From: Balanoglossus misakiensis
Taxonomy: Eukaryota > Animalia > Hemichordata
Assembly (NCBI GenBank): GCA_040954595.2
Contig: CM082587.2
Location: 8,251,403-8,315,402 of the forward strand
Length of the DNA stretch: 64,000 nucleotides
Direction of reading: 5' to 3'
In this document: in pieces, positions 62,163 through 64,000 of the stretch
Layout of the letters: each line of letters opens with the position of its first letter
Numbering within the stretch: the stretch's first letter is position 1
Notes under the pieces: generated by a model
The model's database searches: none
What the model was told of the DNA's origin: nothing
Seen by the model: only the letters and a program-made list of their open reading frames with translations
Translations under genes and position numbers: made by a program

Positions 62163-64000
62163 AATGCCATCTTTCCAACAACAACAAAAACATGGTTTGT
62201 TAACATTCTCCAATAGTCAGGCTACAAAGATTTTTTTTCGCTAATCTATTGCTATGGAAACCAACCATCATATATTTTGCTTGCCTCTTGGTGCTGTTGC
62301 AAGACTTAGTGCACGTGCAGCTATTTTTGCCTCTGAAAATCTAATATATAAAAGAATGACTACTAAGAGTAAATGGTGGTATACGAAAGGACTTGGTCTA
62401 AATTGTATTAGACTTTTATTGTTTTTAACTGTTCTGTAATGTTTCCTGTATGAAAACTAAAAAAATTCTTCAGGGTTTTTACCAACACCACTGCCACTAT
62501 CAAGAGAAATAGCAGCTCTTGAGGGAGATTCTTTTATTGTATTTTTGTTACTGGTAACTAAAAATGCCATAACTGTCAGTGCAAGTGACGCTGAGGATGC
62601 AGATGCACCTTTGCTGTCCTTTGATCCAAGCAATAACTGTACAGTGTTTTGTTCAGGAGTTTGTGAACAGCCATAGAATGGTGAAGAATAGGCAGAGGCA
62701 GTTGGGACACATGATTTTATGGAAAGCAAGACAGACAGAGAGACTAGTACCAGGTAGACACAACAGACAGACCTATGTTGTAGGATTGATAAGTAGACAG
62801 ACACGTAGATTGGTAGACAGACAATTGACAGGCATAAGACAGTAGAGACAGCAAAGCAAAAGTCAAGAATGTATAATTCTTGGGCAAACACACAAAAGTA
62901 CATTTCTGTGAGTAGATGTAGTGCTGTTTTCCATTGAACACATGCAACAGCATGCACAAGACAGGTGGACCAATATTAGTACATTTATGTGATAGTGTAA
63001 AACACAGTTGAATTCGTTATGTTTCTGTTATGATATATTGACTGTGATATTTGTTGTGTATGTTGTAGTTACGTACATGTATTTGATATCATAACTATAG
63101 TGGTTGTTCTCAATTGACATTTTATATTGTTCATGAAAGCTTTTTGTTATTACCATCCTTGTCGATATATTTTGATAACAAAGTTGTTCTTCCAGTGTTT
63201 TTTGTTGTATTTCTTCATCAGAAAGTCAGTCACTGTCAAAACAAGCCAATCATTGTCAGAACAAATCATGGTTATGTGCAGCACATTGCTGATTCAACAG
63301 TATTCTCTTCGAATCAAAATTTGAAGAACTAGAATAAATACTGCCATTGCTTTGCCAATTACTTAGTATACTGCTTTGTGTGTGGGGAGAATACATACAC
63401 TGCGCTGTTGTACACATTGTGATCGGCTGCACATGGATGACGTCTGATGCAGTGTGTTTACTCAGTATCCCTACCTTATTGGTGTATTTGTAACAACATC
63501 TTCTGTGGTATTTTTGAACAGTTTTTATTTCCATTCACCCAAGCCGTACAGTTCTGTGGAATATATGTTTGAATGATTGAATGACAAACACTTGCTTGAT
63601 AGGCACTCTTCTGCTCACAGATGAAATACTTTGCAACCAGACTTCTGACATGAACATTACTAGTATGTCAGTGTGAATGCTGTATTCTATTATTACAGTG
63701 TTTACATGTGATTTCAATCACTGATCAGTGCATTATTCTAAGTGTGTGCCAGACACTTTTGTAAGAGTGTAAATATATAAACAATACATGCAGAATGGCC
63801 CTTGCATGTTTTTTTTTGTGTTTATCATAATGATAATTATGAAGTCCAAATTCTGTTTTCTCATTCAAACTACACATATTTATAACGGAAATTTAGTTTC
63901 TAGAGTGACACCTATGTATGTTGTGTTTGCATTAATGTTTTTCTTCTGTGAACAGACAGTGCCTGGATTGAAAGACTTGGTATTGTGCCCGTGCTCAAGC

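Noticed and set aside
63333-63338. AATAAA as the USP44/49 polyadenylation signal
   Set aside because: Plausible, but the hexamer is common in AT-rich DNA and cannot be supported without 3'-end data.
1-64000. Prokaryotic systems (operons, CRISPR arrays, defence islands)
   Set aside because: Spliceosomal GT-AG gene structure and low coding density; no regularly spaced direct repeats with unique spacers.

Overview
AT-rich, intron-rich animal genomic DNA. It is probably from a marine invertebrate bilaterian; a hemichordate- or amphioxus-like source is a guess. Two genes lie head-to-head around a CpG-rich promoter region at about 46.6-48.6 kb. (1) On the + strand is an apparently complete USP44/USP49-family deubiquitinase: 13 coding exons from 50014 to 62033, about 680 aa, with every splice phase consistent, plus a likely non-coding first exon near 48.06-48.24 kb. 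(2) On the - strand is the 5' part of a phospholipase-C-like (PLCL1/2, PRIP) gene: one recognisable coding exon at 18452-18709 carrying the KKTVSF PP1-docking motif and a candidate non-coding first exon near 46.76-46.95 kb; the remaining exons lie left of the window. The long introns hold many non-autonomous DNA transposons (TA-flanked Tc1/mariner/Tc2/pogo-like, TTAA-flanked Kolobok/piggyBac-like, an 8-bp-TSD hairpin, a perfect 145-bp foldback and a nested modular palindromic element). The palindrome TACATGTA is strongly over-represented. I found no transposase ORF, rRNA, tRNA, CRISPR array or prokaryotic system. Most ORF-track entries are chance ORFs.
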